From NCBI GenBank assembly GCA_043228905.1, contig JBHGNT010000010.1, forward strand, positions 18,414,001-18,478,000: a stretch of DNA of 64,000 nt. The letters are read 5' to 3'. The DNA is from Azolla caroliniana. Taxonomy: Eukaryota; Plantae; Polypodiophyta. Both the position numbers and the translations under genes were made by a program. A model generated the notes under the pieces. It was not told the DNA's origin. It made no database searches and was given only the letters and a program-made list of their open reading frames with translations. This document shows, in pieces, positions 44,800 to 57,572 of the stretch (its first letter is position 1; every line of letters begins with the position of its first letter).

Positions 44800-45560
44800 A
44801 TGTTGTAATTGAAAGTACACATTGTAGTTGTGAGAGAAATTCATGTGAGGATTGGGGTTGGGCAAAGATGTATAGAAGCATGGTCGAATATGATCAAAGG
44901 TAGAGCATTGTATCAAAGTGTGATACTCGAACTCTCGAAATCTCGAACTTGTTTAGGGAAAAGTGTGCATAAGTTACAACACCATGTCTCACATAGCAAT
45001 GCATGTGAGCTAAGTCACATGGAAGCAATGGTTCGAATAGCAGACAACAGGATGGGCTCTACCATGCATCAATGTGTACAAAATTTCCCCGTTCCGCAAA
45101 GAATATGGTTTTGTAGTTAGGTCCAATGTGTAGTATAATGTATGAAGCGTGAGCAACCACATTTGTCCCATGTCATGATACATTGGGGTTACAAAAAGGC
45201 CTCAATTACAAAGGAATCTAGTGATGCATCATGAAGCAAGTGTGTTGTATCCTATCTACCAAACCATTTTTCCATATCTTGCATCCAACTAGAAAAATAG
45301 AGACCTTGATGGGCATTTACGGCGGGACATGGCATCCCTAGTATTTCTCCATTTTGTAATTCATACATGATTATTTACTGAGAGAGAAAGAATGGAAAGA
45401 ATTGTATTTAGACAAAGAGAGAAGGGTACTTTTGGTTGTGACGGCTAGGGTGTACTTGCTGAGAGAGTCAATCCAACTTTCAGGAGTCTTCTATGGTTGA
45501 CAATTGGTTGCATGCACGTTGTCACCACTTTATTAAGCATCCATCAATTCCCATTTAGAC
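44800..45560 (-). pseudogene. Possible very old Gypsy RNase H/integrase remnant
   Basis: Faint minus-strand matches only (GTNVVAHA resembling GKxNVVADALS; a segment resembling PVLKLPDFSKPFVVTT). No ORF. Confidence 0.3.
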
Positions 45561-45960
45561 ATATGATTGTTCTCGATCGCTAATATGGCAATCTTATCAA
45601 CATAAAATACAAGAATGCAGCCACTAAAAGGAGGAGATGTCATCCTAGGTATGCGGTCATGGGGTCAAGTCCTACCAAGACCAAGATCATGGTGTGTGAC
45701 TTGCAGCATTACCTCCCCATCAAACAATGCCTTCCAACTGGAGCAAGCTTGTCTCAGAAGAAACTCCTATTGACATTGCCTCTTAATGGTTAGGCCCTTG
45801 CCTCAGAAGTAAAGGTCTAGAATTCAACTCTAATCCCTCTTCCTTAAATTGTCATGAATCTCACCAAAGCACAAAAAAAAGTTTTTTGCCATTCCACAAG
45901 GTTTGCCTTTTACCTTCTTATTCCCGCCATATTTGAATACACATTTGCCATGTCTTAGGG

Positions 45961-48900
45961 CTACATTTTAAACTCTACTATGTAGATCTCGTTAGCCTCT
46001 TCCTTCATGGCCGCATCCATGTAGATATTAGCCATAGAAACATAAATTGATGTGTTTGGATCATGTAACTGTATTGCATGTTCAAAAGCATGTTGCCCAA
46101 GCTCCACATGGCCCCATTTCCTACAAGCTCCAAGAATAGTTTGCCACACAAGATCACCCGGCTGGAATGGCATCTTTTTTACCATCAACATGGCCGCATC
46201 TAGCCGACCTGCCCTCCCAAAAAGATCCACTATACAATTATAATGCTTTGTAGACGGGGTCAAACCATAGTCATTGTCCATGGAATCAAAGTACATCTCA
46301 CCCTTGTCTATTAGGCCAGCATGGTTGCAAGATGTAAGAAGACAAAGAAATGTTACCAAATCTGGCTTCACACCATCACTTATCATTTTATCAAACATGC
46401 TGAATACATTTTCACTCTCTCCAAGTTGAGCATGCCCAGTTATGATTGCATTCCATGATACCACATCTCGAGCGTGAAGGCTTTCAAACACTTTTTTTGC
46501 CGTTGAAAATGATGCACATTTCACATACATATCTATTAACGAGTTCCCAAACCGAAGATTTTTCTCCAATCCCTTCTTAACGAGTTCTAAATGTATTTCT
46601 CGGCCTATATCTAATGCCCCTGAGCTTGCACAAGCAATCAAAATCAAAAGAAGAGTAAGATTATTATTATATGCATGTTCTTGCATTTGCTTGAAACAAT
46701 GTAGAGCTTCCTTTACATTGCCATCTTCAGTATATGTGGCAATTAGGATGTTCCACGAAACCACATCTCGTGTTTGAAGCTTATCAAAGGTCTCTTGTGC
46801 TTCAAGAAATAATCCACACTTGGCATACATGCAAACTAAGGTATTTCCTATTACTGCATCTCCTTCAAATCCTCTACTGACAACTTCACCATGTGCTTTT
46901 TGACCTCTTATAGGGCTCTTTGTTATACCACAAGCTCTAAAGATGCAAACAAATGCAGCAGGATCCGGTGCAATACCTGAGCATATAATATCTTGGAAAC
47001 AATGAAATACCTCTTCATTTGAACCATTTTCCAAATATCCAGCAATAAGGGCACTCCACGAAGCTGCATTCCGGCCTCGGAGTTCGTCAAAAACTTTCTC
47101 AGCTTCTATTAGAGAGCCACAATCAGCATACATATCAATTAAAGAATTGCTGATCATGACATCTTGTTCAATCCCTATCTTCATTATCTTCATATGTATG
47201 CTTCGGCCTCTGAGAATAGCCCTTATATCAGCACAAGCTAACAATCCAGAAACAAGACTAAACTTATCCGGGAGGATACCCTTAACTTGCATATGTTGGA
47301 AACAGTCCAACGCATCTTGGGCATATCCCTGCTCAACATACCCTGACATAACTGTTGTCCAAGCAATCACATCTTGAACTGTTAGCTTGTCGAACAAAAG
47401 CCTAGCTTCCTCAAGCAAGCCACAATTAACATACATGTCAACAAGGACACTACCAATCAGATCATCACTTTCCCAAATGCCCTTTTTAATAATCTCCCCA
47501 TGAATCTCTTTACCTTTTTCTATTGAGCCTTTCTTACTACAAGCTTTTAAGATACCAACATATGTAACAACATTCATTGAAATGCCCTTGTGTTGCATTT
47601 GCTCATAAAAATGTAGTCCCATGTCATAATGGCCACATTCAATATATCCTGACACTAACGCAGTCCATGAGGTTGAAGTCTGCACAAGAAGCCTATCAAA
47701 CACAAGTTTTGCTTCTTCAAGAATACCGCATTTGGCATACATATCAACTAATGTGTTTCCTATAAGGAGCTCTCCATCCAACCCCATCTTTGCTATATCA
47801 GTGTGCACTTCATGACCCTTGAATGTATTACCCATACTAATGCATGATTTCAAGACACAAGTAAGTGTGACAATATCTGGAGAAATACCCTCCTTTGGTA
47901 TTTGCTTAAAATAACCAAAAACTTCCTCACAGTACCCATGTCCTAAGTAGCCTGAGATAAGTGCATTCCACGCTACAATTGTTCTAAGAGGCAGCTCTCC
48001 GAAGAGTTTCTTTGCTTCTAGGAAAAATCCAGATTTTACATACATATCAACAAGATCAACACCAATAAGAATCTCTAAGCCTTTCTTGACAATTTCAGTA
48101 TGTACCTCTTGTCCCTTGTATATATGTCTTTCTCTTCCACATGCTCTTAGGAAAAAAACAAAAACATTATGTCCAGGTGAGACATCCTTACGTTGCATCC
48201 ATTCAAAACATTTATTTGTATCCCCAGTACCGACTTGCTCAGAGAATCCACCCATTAACATCACCTGAGGCATAATAACATCTCCATCTTGGTATATAGC
48301 AAATAAAGTGTCTGCTTCTGCTGAATATCCACATTTTGCATACATTTCCACAAGAATAGTGTATAGGTTTGCCTCTCTTTCCAACCCCTTGCAAACAATT
48401 TCAGCATGAATTTCTTGTCCCAAGATGATAGATCCCAATCTACTACAAGCTTTCAAGACATGACCAAATGTTAAGACAAGTGGAAATATACTCTCATCTT
48501 GCATCTCAGCAAAACATTTAAGAGCAGCCTCAGCAGACCCATTTTCCATATATCCAGAGATTAAAGTAGTCCAAAGACTGGCATCTTGCAAAGAAAGCTT
48601 GCTGAACACGTTTTGTGCTTCAGCAACAAAACCTAATTTCATATACATATCCATCAGACTATGAGCAAGAGAAAAAGGGTCTTTATCAAGTAATCCTTGT
48701 TTTACAATATCAATATGCATTACTCTACCATTATCAATGGCTCCTGAGCCAGCACAAGCTTTCAATATGCATGAAAATGCTATGCAATCTAGACTTATAC
48801 CCTCATCTTGCATTTGTACAAAACAGTTGAGTGGCTCATGAAAACATCCTACTTCAGCATACCCTGCCATGAGTGAATTCCATGAGGCTAAATCCCGAAC

Positions 48901-50412
48901 ACAAGAGCTATTAAACACAACTTGCATTTCGACAAGAGAACCAATTTTAGCATACATATCGATAAGAACACTATTAAGTATATTGTCAGATTCTAGTAGA
49001 CCTTTTCGGAGCACATCAGCATGAAATTTCAACCCACTATCACGATCTTCAGTATGAATACAAACTTGCAAGCTATACAAAAATGTAGTGGCATTCCAGG
49101 ATATGTCCACATCTTGCATCTTTTTAATAGAGTTAAAGGCTTTGTCATAATACCCGTGCTCTGCATACCCTTGAATTAATGCATTCCATGTTACAAGTGT
49201 CTGCTCATGAGTTTTATTGAACTCATTTTGTGCTTCTGCAAGCCAACCACATTTAGCATATATCTGGATTAAGTTCTGACTGATAAAAAGATTATCTTCC
49301 AACCCTTTTTGTACAATATCAGTATGTATTTCCCATCCTCCTTTCTCAATGCCACAAATCCTTAACATGCACATATATGTCACTTCATCTGGAGAGACAC
49401 CTTCATGTTGCATACATCGGAAAGAACTGATGGCATCCACATCGAGATTACGTTCCACAAATCCTACAAGCAATGCATTCCATGAGATGACATCTCGAAA
49501 ATCAAGCTTGTAAAAAACATCTTGCGCTTCTGAAAGAGATCCACATTTCACATACATATCTACAATAGTACTTCCAATAACAATATCTCTATCCATTCCT
49601 TTACTTGTAACTTCACCATGTATATTCATCCCTCCATCTAAGCATCCTACAGCACCATATAGTCTCAAGATGCAAGTATATGTTATAGCACTTGGAGATA
49701 CGTTATCATTATACATTTTTCCTAAACAATCATTTGCTTCCTGAATGAATCCATTTTCCAAATATGCGGCTATGATTGAATTCCATGTGACTACATTCCG
49801 ACCTTTAAGCATACTGAAAACCACTTGTGCACTTTTAATGGAACCGCATTTGGCATACATATCAACCAAAGCACTTCCAATCATGAGATTTCCCTCTTCA
49901 AAACCTTTCTTTACAATTTCAATATGCATTTCTTTACCTTTACTTGCGTCTCCTATTGCACTACAAGCTTTCAAACTGTAAAGAGATGTGACATCATCTG
50001 AAGAGATACCATCACAGTGCATCAATTTATACATATCAAGTCCTCTCTCATAATACCCGTGTTCTATATACCCTCCTATAAGGACATTGCAGCATACCAC
50101 ATTTCTAACTGGAAGCGTATCAAATACCTCTTGAGATCTTGCAAGAGATCCGCATTTGGCATACATATCAACCAAAGTACTACCAACGAACACATTTTTT
50201 TCCAACAACCCAATCCTCGCAACTTCACCATGTATCATACAACCTCTGGCAAGATCCTTTACGCTGATACAAGACTTCAACAACCCGACAAATGCATAGC
50301 AACTAAGTCCTTGATGTAGTGACAAGCGGCCCTCGAGCCATCTCTTGTATAGCCCAAGGGAATATTCTGATATCGATCCATGTCCCAATTCCTGTCTATC
50401 AAAGCAAGCCAT
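45961..50412 (-). CDS. PLS-class pentatricopeptide repeat protein with E domain and no DYW (organellar RNA editing factor-like), 1483 aa
   Basis: Intronless ORF with repeating P-L-S triplets (LVDMYAKCG, VVSWNA, ILKAC), terminal HYNCIVDLFGRAG, WQTILGACRKWG (E1) and a truncated E2. Confidence 0.96.
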   Translation of the reverse strand: MACFDRQELGHGSISEYSLGLYKRWLEGRLSLHQGLSCYAFVGLLKSCISVKDLARGCMIHGEVARIGLLEKNVFVGSTLVDMYAKCGSLARSQEVFDTLPVRNVVCCNVLIGGYIEHGYYERGLDMYKLMHCDGISSDDVTSLYSLKACSAIGDASKGKEMHIEIVKKGFEEGNLMIGSALVDMYAKCGSIKSAQVVFSMLKGRNVVTWNSIIAAYLENGFIQEANDCLGKMYNDNVSPSAITYTCILRLYGAVGCLDGGMNIHGEVTSKGMDRDIVIGSTIVDMYVKCGSLSEAQDVFYKLDFRDVISWNALLVGFVERNLDVDAISSFRCMQHEGVSPDEVTYMCMLRICGIEKGGWEIHTDIVQKGLEDNLFISQNLIQIYAKCGWLAEAQNEFNKTHEQTLVTWNALIQGYAEHGYYDKAFNSIKKMQDVDISWNATTFLYSLQVCIHTEDRDSGLKFHADVLRKGLLESDNILNSVLIDMYAKIGSLVEMQVVFNSSCVRDLASWNSLMAGYAEVGCFHEPLNCFVQMQDEGISLDCIAFSCILKACAGSGAIDNGRVMHIDIVKQGLLDKDPFSLAHSLMDMYMKLGFVAEAQNVFSKLSLQDASLWTTLISGYMENGSAEAALKCFAEMQDESIFPLVLTFGHVLKACSRLGSIILGQEIHAEIVCKGLEREANLYTILVEMYAKCGYSAEADTLFAIYQDGDVIMPQVMLMGGFSEQVGTGDTNKCFEWMQRKDVSPGHNVFVFFLRACGRERHIYKGQEVHTEIVKKGLEILIGVDLVDMYVKSGFFLEAKKLFGELPLRTIVAWNALISGYLGHGYCEEVFGYFKQIPKEGISPDIVTLTCVLKSCISMGNTFKGHEVHTDIAKMGLDGELLIGNTLVDMYAKCGILEEAKLVFDRLLVQTSTSWTALVSGYIECGHYDMGLHFYEQMQHKGISMNVVTYVGILKACSKKGSIEKGKEIHGEIIKKGIWESDDLIGSVLVDMYVNCGLLEEARLLFDKLTVQDVIAWTTVMSGYVEQGYAQDALDCFQHMQVKGILPDKFSLVSGLLACADIRAILRGRSIHMKIMKIGIEQDVMISNSLIDMYADCGSLIEAEKVFDELRGRNAASWSALIAGYLENGSNEEVFHCFQDIICSGIAPDPAAFVCIFRACGITKSPIRGQKAHGEVVSRGFEGDAVIGNTLVCMYAKCGLFLEAQETFDKLQTRDVVSWNILIATYTEDGNVKEALHCFKQMQEHAYNNNLTLLLILIACASSGALDIGREIHLELVKKGLEKNLRFGNSLIDMYVKCASFSTAKKVFESLHARDVVSWNAIITGHAQLGESENVFSMFDKMISDGVKPDLVTFLCLLTSCNHAGLIDKGEMYFDSMDNDYGLTPSTKHYNCIVDLFGRAGRLDAAMLMVKKMPFQPGDLVWQTILGACRKWGHVELGQHAFEHAIQLHDPNTSIYVSMANIYMDAAMKEEANEIYIVEFKM

Positions 50413-50874
50413 GACGTGAGATTCTGAAGACTAATGCTCATTTGAGAGACCCAACCCACCTTTGTTCAAATAGGCATGGATGTATGATATGTGAGAAGTC
50501 ATGCTCTTCGTCTTCCTACATTGGAGAAGGATGTATGATAACATCTCGGCAGATGGCAAAACAACCACTACCACAACCATCATCATCATCATCCTTTATT
50601 CAAGTTGACAAACGATTCGCATTATGTCGAACATGAAACGCGCCCTCACAGGGTCATCCATAGCCATGCTCTTCATGCATGGAAATCAATAAACATAGAT
50701 ACATAGGAGAAATCACCATCCAAAGACATGAACTTGATGCAGAGGGAGCAATCATGTGAGGTGACTCCCATGGGGATGGAAGGTCATCCATGGTGATGTT
50801 CCTGCTCTGTTCAGCTTCTCAACAATCTTGGACAATCTCCAAGATATATCTGTTATACATTTGGAGGAGATAGT

Positions 50875-50899
50875 GGGGGGGGGGGGGGGGGGAGGGGGA
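50875..50899 (+). repeat. G-rich homopolymer tract upstream of the PPR gene
   Basis: Run of about 18 G followed by AGGGGGAG. Confidence 0.85.
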
Positions 50900-53104
50900 G
50901 ATGGATTTGTTTTGATTAGAATGCCCCTCTATTTTCCGAAAATGCCTAAAATACCCCTAATGGTTTCTGAAATTTTCAAACTACCCCTCATTGCTTGTAA
51001 TCCTTCAACACACACACACACTTCAAACAACACTACAAACTATATGTATATACATATCGATCATTTGTAGACAAATGATGATGATGGTATATTCACATCC
51101 GAAGGGACCACACATGACCCATGGGACCAATCCATCGTTACATTCAGCATTTTGTCTGTGCGCATTGTGCACTCTGCTTGGGGTTTCTCTCGAGTGGGGG
51201 TGGAGGAGGAGATATATGATAAAACTCTAGACTCAAAGTTGGAAATTGAAATGAAAAAGTTAGCCTCTTTCCGAAACTTTAACTGCTCCAACCTTCACAT
51301 CGGTTTGGTTACGTGGTCAAGTAAACGTGGAAAGTGCTTCTTGGTGTTGTGACGACGAGGCTTTTTTTTTACTTCGCTAGGCCTCCTTGAAAGCTCGTAT
51401 GACCTTGAAGGAATTCCCTCAATGTCCATCGCGTTTGCAATATGCGAGGAGGCATTCCTAGAGTGGCATGCTCTTCAATTTCTAGCACGCTTTTGCGACA
51501 TATGCATGCCACATCTTCTCATTTGTCTCCCCGAAATGTTCAACAAACCCCCACTTTCTATTTTCAATGTTTTTCAACGTGTTACCAGTGTGCTAACTAT
51601 GTACATCTCAACTTCGAGGATTTTGAAACTTTGAACCACTTTCGATTGCCTCTTTTGTATGGTTACACTATTGGCAATAAACTTCCATGTTTGATAATGC
51701 TAACCATGTTGATTACTATGATGATATGCTCAAAAAAGTATGCACTACATCTAGAAGCTTTTTTTAAATCTTAGTTAAGAATATGCTAGAAGTAACACCA
51801 TCCTTCTAATATTTGCTTGATTCTCATTACCAATATATGCAAGATAGATCGTTGCAACCATTGTGATGTGGATTTGTCTAATTGCAATATAAGTTTGTTC
51901 AATTTCAATATTGCACACCGCAAATCTTGGTGCATGGCATCACTAGGTGTGTGAGAGATTAAGGGAGATGTCACTTTGTTCTTTGTGCACTTTCACCTAG
52001 AGTTTCTTTATATATTGATGGTTTGGCCATATCTTGCTCAATCAAATGTTCCTGTTGTAGCTATAAATTATTCACATGTCATGCTCTTTTATGTGAGAAT
52101 ATTTTTGTGTGAGATGATCATTTATTGATGATGGCAGTTGTGTTGTTTTTTCACAATATAACTCATAAGTAATTTGAGAATCAGAAGGTAAGGTTAGTGT
52201 GATTGATCATGTGTACTCTTAGGTTTAGCTTGGGCTATACATGATATTTGTCTATCATCCCCTCTCACATTACAACACAATGAATTGGATTATTTTCAAC
52301 ACTTTCGTGTGGATGAGATCCTTTTGTGCCCTACATTCCACACGTATCTCATTTCAATTAACCTTTCATGTTTTGTCTCTTCTTTCTAGAAACAAGCAAC
52401 CAATAAGAATAAAAAGTGGTTTCATACATTGATTGGAGGCCCCATGCATCAAATGATGAGATGTTGCCAACCATTGTGAAATGGGTCTTTTCGAATGTGA
52501 TACTTTTGATTCGATTGGCTCAATTTCATTGGGGCATTGTACAAATGTGGACTTAAATTGTATGTCTAAGCCACTGCCATGATAAATGTTATGATATGTG
52601 TGTTGTGTGCGAGTATTTTGTCTAGATTGTACTTTAATGTGTAAAGTTGTTCAGAATGTTGAGCGAGACATGGAGGAAATATCAACATTGCGGATGTGGA
52701 AATTATTTGAGTTGTTATTTTTTTTGCTTTGCTTTAAACAACTCCTCTCTCGGCCCCTCCAAAAAAAGGGTATTTGAACAACTACCTATTGTCGCTACCT
52801 TCACATCAAGACCCACGATTGTCTAATATGGATAACGAGATCATCATACTAGAACCATATCTCACTTGGAGTAGACAGAATTATCACTCAGTTGTTAAAC
52901 ACGTGATGAATACTTTCACGAGATATTTACCAATGGAATCCATGGCTAGTTAGAATAAACAAGTTATATCAGGCTCCGGTGGACTAATGTAAGTCTTTAC
53001 AATATCTACATACATGGATGGATTGGAGTCTGTGGTGGATTATATACATAAACAAGCATATGCAAAGTCCACTCTAAAGGCACATGTAACATGTACAACT
53101 AGAG

Positions 53105-53685
<581 letters not shown>

Positions 53686-53920
53686 TATGACTAAATGAAA
53701 TAAATAGATAAAATATGATTGTAGTAGGCTGTATAAGCATAGATATATGTTGTATATGCCCTAAAAATGGGAAAACAAGAAGGAAAAATATGAGTCTTCC
53801 AAAACTAAATGAGATAATTCATTAATTAAGAAAGAAAAAAACAAAATAAATGGAAGTTGCATCTTTGTCCTTATCCATATATCACTTCCATCTGCCCACC
53901 TTCTCCCTCCCCTGTTCTTG

Positions 53921-53967
53921 CCCTAACCCTAACCTAACCCTAACCCTAACCCTAACCTTAACCCTAA
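53921..53967 (+). repeat. (CCCTAA)n telomere-like tract upstream of the OXS3-like gene
   Basis: About eight CCCTAA, CCTAA or CCTTAA units, with further degenerate units up to about 54170. Confidence 0.85.
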
Positions 53968-54194
53968 TTCAACTCTAATCCTAATCCTGAAAACCCTATC
54001 TCTTGCTCTCTCAAGCTTCCTTTTCCTCTGTTTTGATCCGACAACTCTTCTATTCTAATCTTAAAAATCCCCCTTTTCTGCTTTCTGGAGTTTTCCTTCT
54101 CTGTTTTACTCAACCCTAATTCTGCTGTATCAAGCGTGTCTTCAATCAGTTTAACCCCAACCCTAAAACTAATTCTGCTACACAAGTCTCTGAA

Positions 54195-55593
54195 ATGGCA
54201 TATTGTGATACGGAATCAAAAGGAGGCAATTGGATCTGTGAAGGAATATCATCAACACGATTGAATGTTGGTCTCGATACAAAATGCTCAGAGGCTAATG
54301 CCACCCAAACTTCACAGTTCAGACCCAATTTATCAACATTACCATCACCATCACCACCAATAAATAAAACAGAGCAAAACAATTATAGCGATGAAGGTTT
54401 TGTGAATCAGATTACGACGAAACAGAAGTGTAGGGAAGGTAATACGAGAATCATGAATCATGGATTTTGGGAAACCTCTGTTTTGGCTGTGGTATCTGAA
54501 GAAACACCTTGGGAGAATATATCAGAAATGAAGGATTTTCACGATGATAATGATGATGATGATTGCTTTTGCTCATCTTCTGCCTCTTCTTCCACCAAAG
54601 TTAGTAGTGAAATTTGTATTACATCACGAGAAGAAGAAGAAGAAGAAATTCAAAGTTGCCATAGAAGGAGAGGAGGTTTGGATACTTTGGCCTCACTTCA
54701 AGAAGCACTTCCTTGCAAGTAAGTAAATCTAATCTAATATGATGTTAACCTAGTTTAGTCTAGCCTAATCTAATCTAATTTCACTGTAATGTAGTCTAGT
54801 TTAGGCTTATCTAATCTAATCTAGCCTAGTTTAATATAATGTAGTTTAGTCTAGTTCGGTTTAATCTAGTTTAGCCTAGTCCAGCATAGTGCAGTCCTGT
54901 ATAACCTAAATGAAACGAAACTAAAGAAATCTAATCTAATCCTTGCACCCCTTTTCAGTCGGATCAAATGTCCAAATCGTACTTTTCATTGAGCACTATG
55001 AAGCTTGTTATGTATCCGGTGATAGAAATCCTACTTATAACAGTTTCAATTTCATATTTTCAATGTCCTACATACAGCACATATGGATATGTACATTTAA
55101 AAAGAAGAAAGATGGCTTTGCTATAAGTTTAACTATATATTGATCCAATTATAAGAAAAGGTTTTTATGTTGTGCAACCAGGAAAGGTTTATCACAATTC
55201 TTTACAGGGAAATCTCGTTCATTCAGTTGTCTAGCAGATGTGTCAATCAAAGACATTGCCAAGCCGGAGAACCCATATGCAAAGAGAAGGAAGCTGGATA
55301 ATTTGTCCTCAGATACCTATTCAAGTAAATCGCGGTTTCACGCAATGCAAGGTGTGGTGACACCATCAACGAAAACCTTATGTTCCGCTGTTGTCGAGAG
55401 CAAATATACAATGTGTTTGGCTACCACAACTTTAATCAATGAAAAAAAGGATGCACCACCACTGCAGAGAAGTTGCCATAATATAGTTGCGAAACGGAGA
55501 AGAAATCCTGCACCAATGAGGTCTTCTTATTCCCTCTCTGATCTACAGAGACAAGATTCAAAGCCAATCATTTTTCCTCTCAAGTTGAAGTGA
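54195..55593 (+). CDS. OXS3-family (oxidative stress 3-like) protein, exons 54195-54718 and 55182-55593
   Basis: Ser/acidic N-terminus. LASLQEALPCK|KGLSQFFTGKSRSFSCLADV..IAKPENPYAKRRK is the family motif. The GT(AAGT)...CAG intron 54719-55181 keeps the frame. Confidence 0.88.
54725..54942. repeat. Degenerate 5-mer (TCTAA/CTAGT/TTAGT) repeat in the OXS3-like intron
   Basis: Visible 5-bp periodicity. Confidence 0.75.
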
Positions 55594-56954
55594 AGAATGG
55601 TTTCAGTTTGCCACATATAAAGCACTCTTCCCTCATCAGCATACAAGAGTTTTTCTGTTTTGGAAAGAAACATAGTGTGGATACATTTGTACATTCGATG
55701 AATCCCAGCCTTTTCTTATAGATTTGATAAATTTTGTAACATACAGTAATACAAGTAGTGTTTTCCTGCCTTTATTATCTATAAAACTATCTGTCCATCT
55801 TTCTTCTTTCTTGAATGGCTACAATTGGGACTCAGAAAATCATGGCAATGATTTTTTGTGAGTTACCCCATTATTTCCACCTGGCTCTATAACTAAGGTA
55901 AAGATATGTTACTATAGCACTATGTGCATATATTGCCAAAAGGCGAGGATAACTATGTGGTGATGTGCATAGTATTGCTCTATTGATTGATGCATATTAA
56001 CCAATACAATATCCTCTGTAATGTGGCATTGTCAATAAATAATATGCATGTCTCTAGATCTTACATTTTGTAATCTAATCAAGATAAACAAAAAAAAAAC
56101 TAAACGGATGTTACAAAAGCTTTCAACACCATAGCCTTGATAAGTCTAAAAATGACAAAACAATGTATTGAATTTATGAATATATTGCAATACATTCAGT
56201 AGTTAAACAATATAGAAGAAGAATTTGAAAAAGCTAATAATAATATCCAGAATATGGTTTGTTCTTGAGAACTGAATTGCATAAAGAAGTCTGTTCTTCA
56301 ATACTCTTTATCAACACAGAAACGCAAGAATAATCACCATACATTGAGTAAACATCACCATCATGTATTACAATCATCAATCACAGCAAAGAATATTATC
56401 ATGTACTCGCGATCAATTCATTACAAGCTAAACTTTATACTTTAAAACACATTAACAAAATGATTGAGTTTTTCATATGTAATCAATCAAGCATACTACA
56501 TAATAATCAACATCAAGGAAACAATACTGCTATGCATTTACCAACAAATAGAATGTGATTTCTCGTTTGCCACAGAGAGAGAGTGAGAGAAGAGAGACTT
56601 GGGCAACATAATCATATCCTTTTCTGTTAAAAAAACTGTGATGTAGACATCATACATATGGGAATCTCCACGAAAGGAAAACAAACACTAAGGAAATAAT
56701 GAAACATATAATTGAGGTCCAAACACTAGTACAAGAAAAACAAGTGTTTTTTCCTTTTCTTTTTTGCTTCGAAGGAGAACCAAAATATTTAATCTAACCA
56801 AACCAACCAATAGCATAGAGGTTATAAGCAAAACATCTGTTTTCCATTTCATCATCTCATCTTGAGAAACTTCACTTCACACCATACTCAAAAGTAGTCG
56901 ATATATATTTATATATAAGCATCCTCTTCCTTATTGTGTATCGACTGAAAACAC

Positions 56955-57572
56955 TTACTTTGGCTTGAAGGGATCATAATTGCTACGATTCTGTAACACT
57001 AATTCTACATTTGGAACGTAACCTGTATGATTCATATGCCGTCTCATCTTCTTGATCTTGTCATAAATATGGGAACTCTCTTGATGGGTTTCATCTCCAA
57101 CAATGAATTCATGCACTTTACTCTTGCATTCTATCCATGCTTTACCTGGTTTCTTCCAAGCTCGAGCTTGAATTCTCATCTCGTTTATTCGTTTGACTTC
57201 GTCCCACTTTCCACCATCAGCATATATATTCGACATAAGTACATAGCTTGCAGCATTATCAGGATTTACTTGTGCAGGTCCCATCGGTAACGAGCTTTGT
57301 TCTTTCGTACTCTGTTCTGGTGGAGTTGCATCTTCAACACTATCAGGTTTTTCATCTGTTTCCGCCAATGAAGACAAGAATGACCTCTGAAAGGCAACAT
57401 TATGCGATATGGGAAATACCCTTCTCACATATGAACCACTGCCTTTACTTAACCTTGAACTGAGGATTGGTGCATTACTGAAGAAGCTCGGAAGAGTTTG
57501 TGTTTGCTTCTTCCTTCCGGTTGGATTTATACCATTGTTTATACAGCATCGACAACTACAAGGCATCTCCAT
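56955..57572 (-). CDS. Targeting-peptide-like segment fused in frame to a lone PPR E2/E+ (PG-box) module; no PPR array, no deaminase motifs
   Basis: S/R-rich N-terminal part (..FQRSFLSS..), acidic linker, then NPDNAASYVLMSNIYADGGKW...WKKPGKAWIE..VHEFIVGD..GYVPN. A probable first exon lies at 59240-59305. Confidence 0.65.
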   Translation of the reverse strand: MEMPCSCRCCINNGINPTGRKKQTQTLPSFFSNAPILSSRLSKGSGSYVRRVFPISHNVAFQRSFLSSLAETDEKPDSVEDATPPEQSTKEQSSLPMGPAQVNPDNAASYVLMSNIYADGGKWDEVKRINEMRIQARAWKKPGKAWIECKSKVHEFIVGDETHQESSHIYDKIKKMRRHMNHTGYVPNVELVLQNRSNYDPFKPK

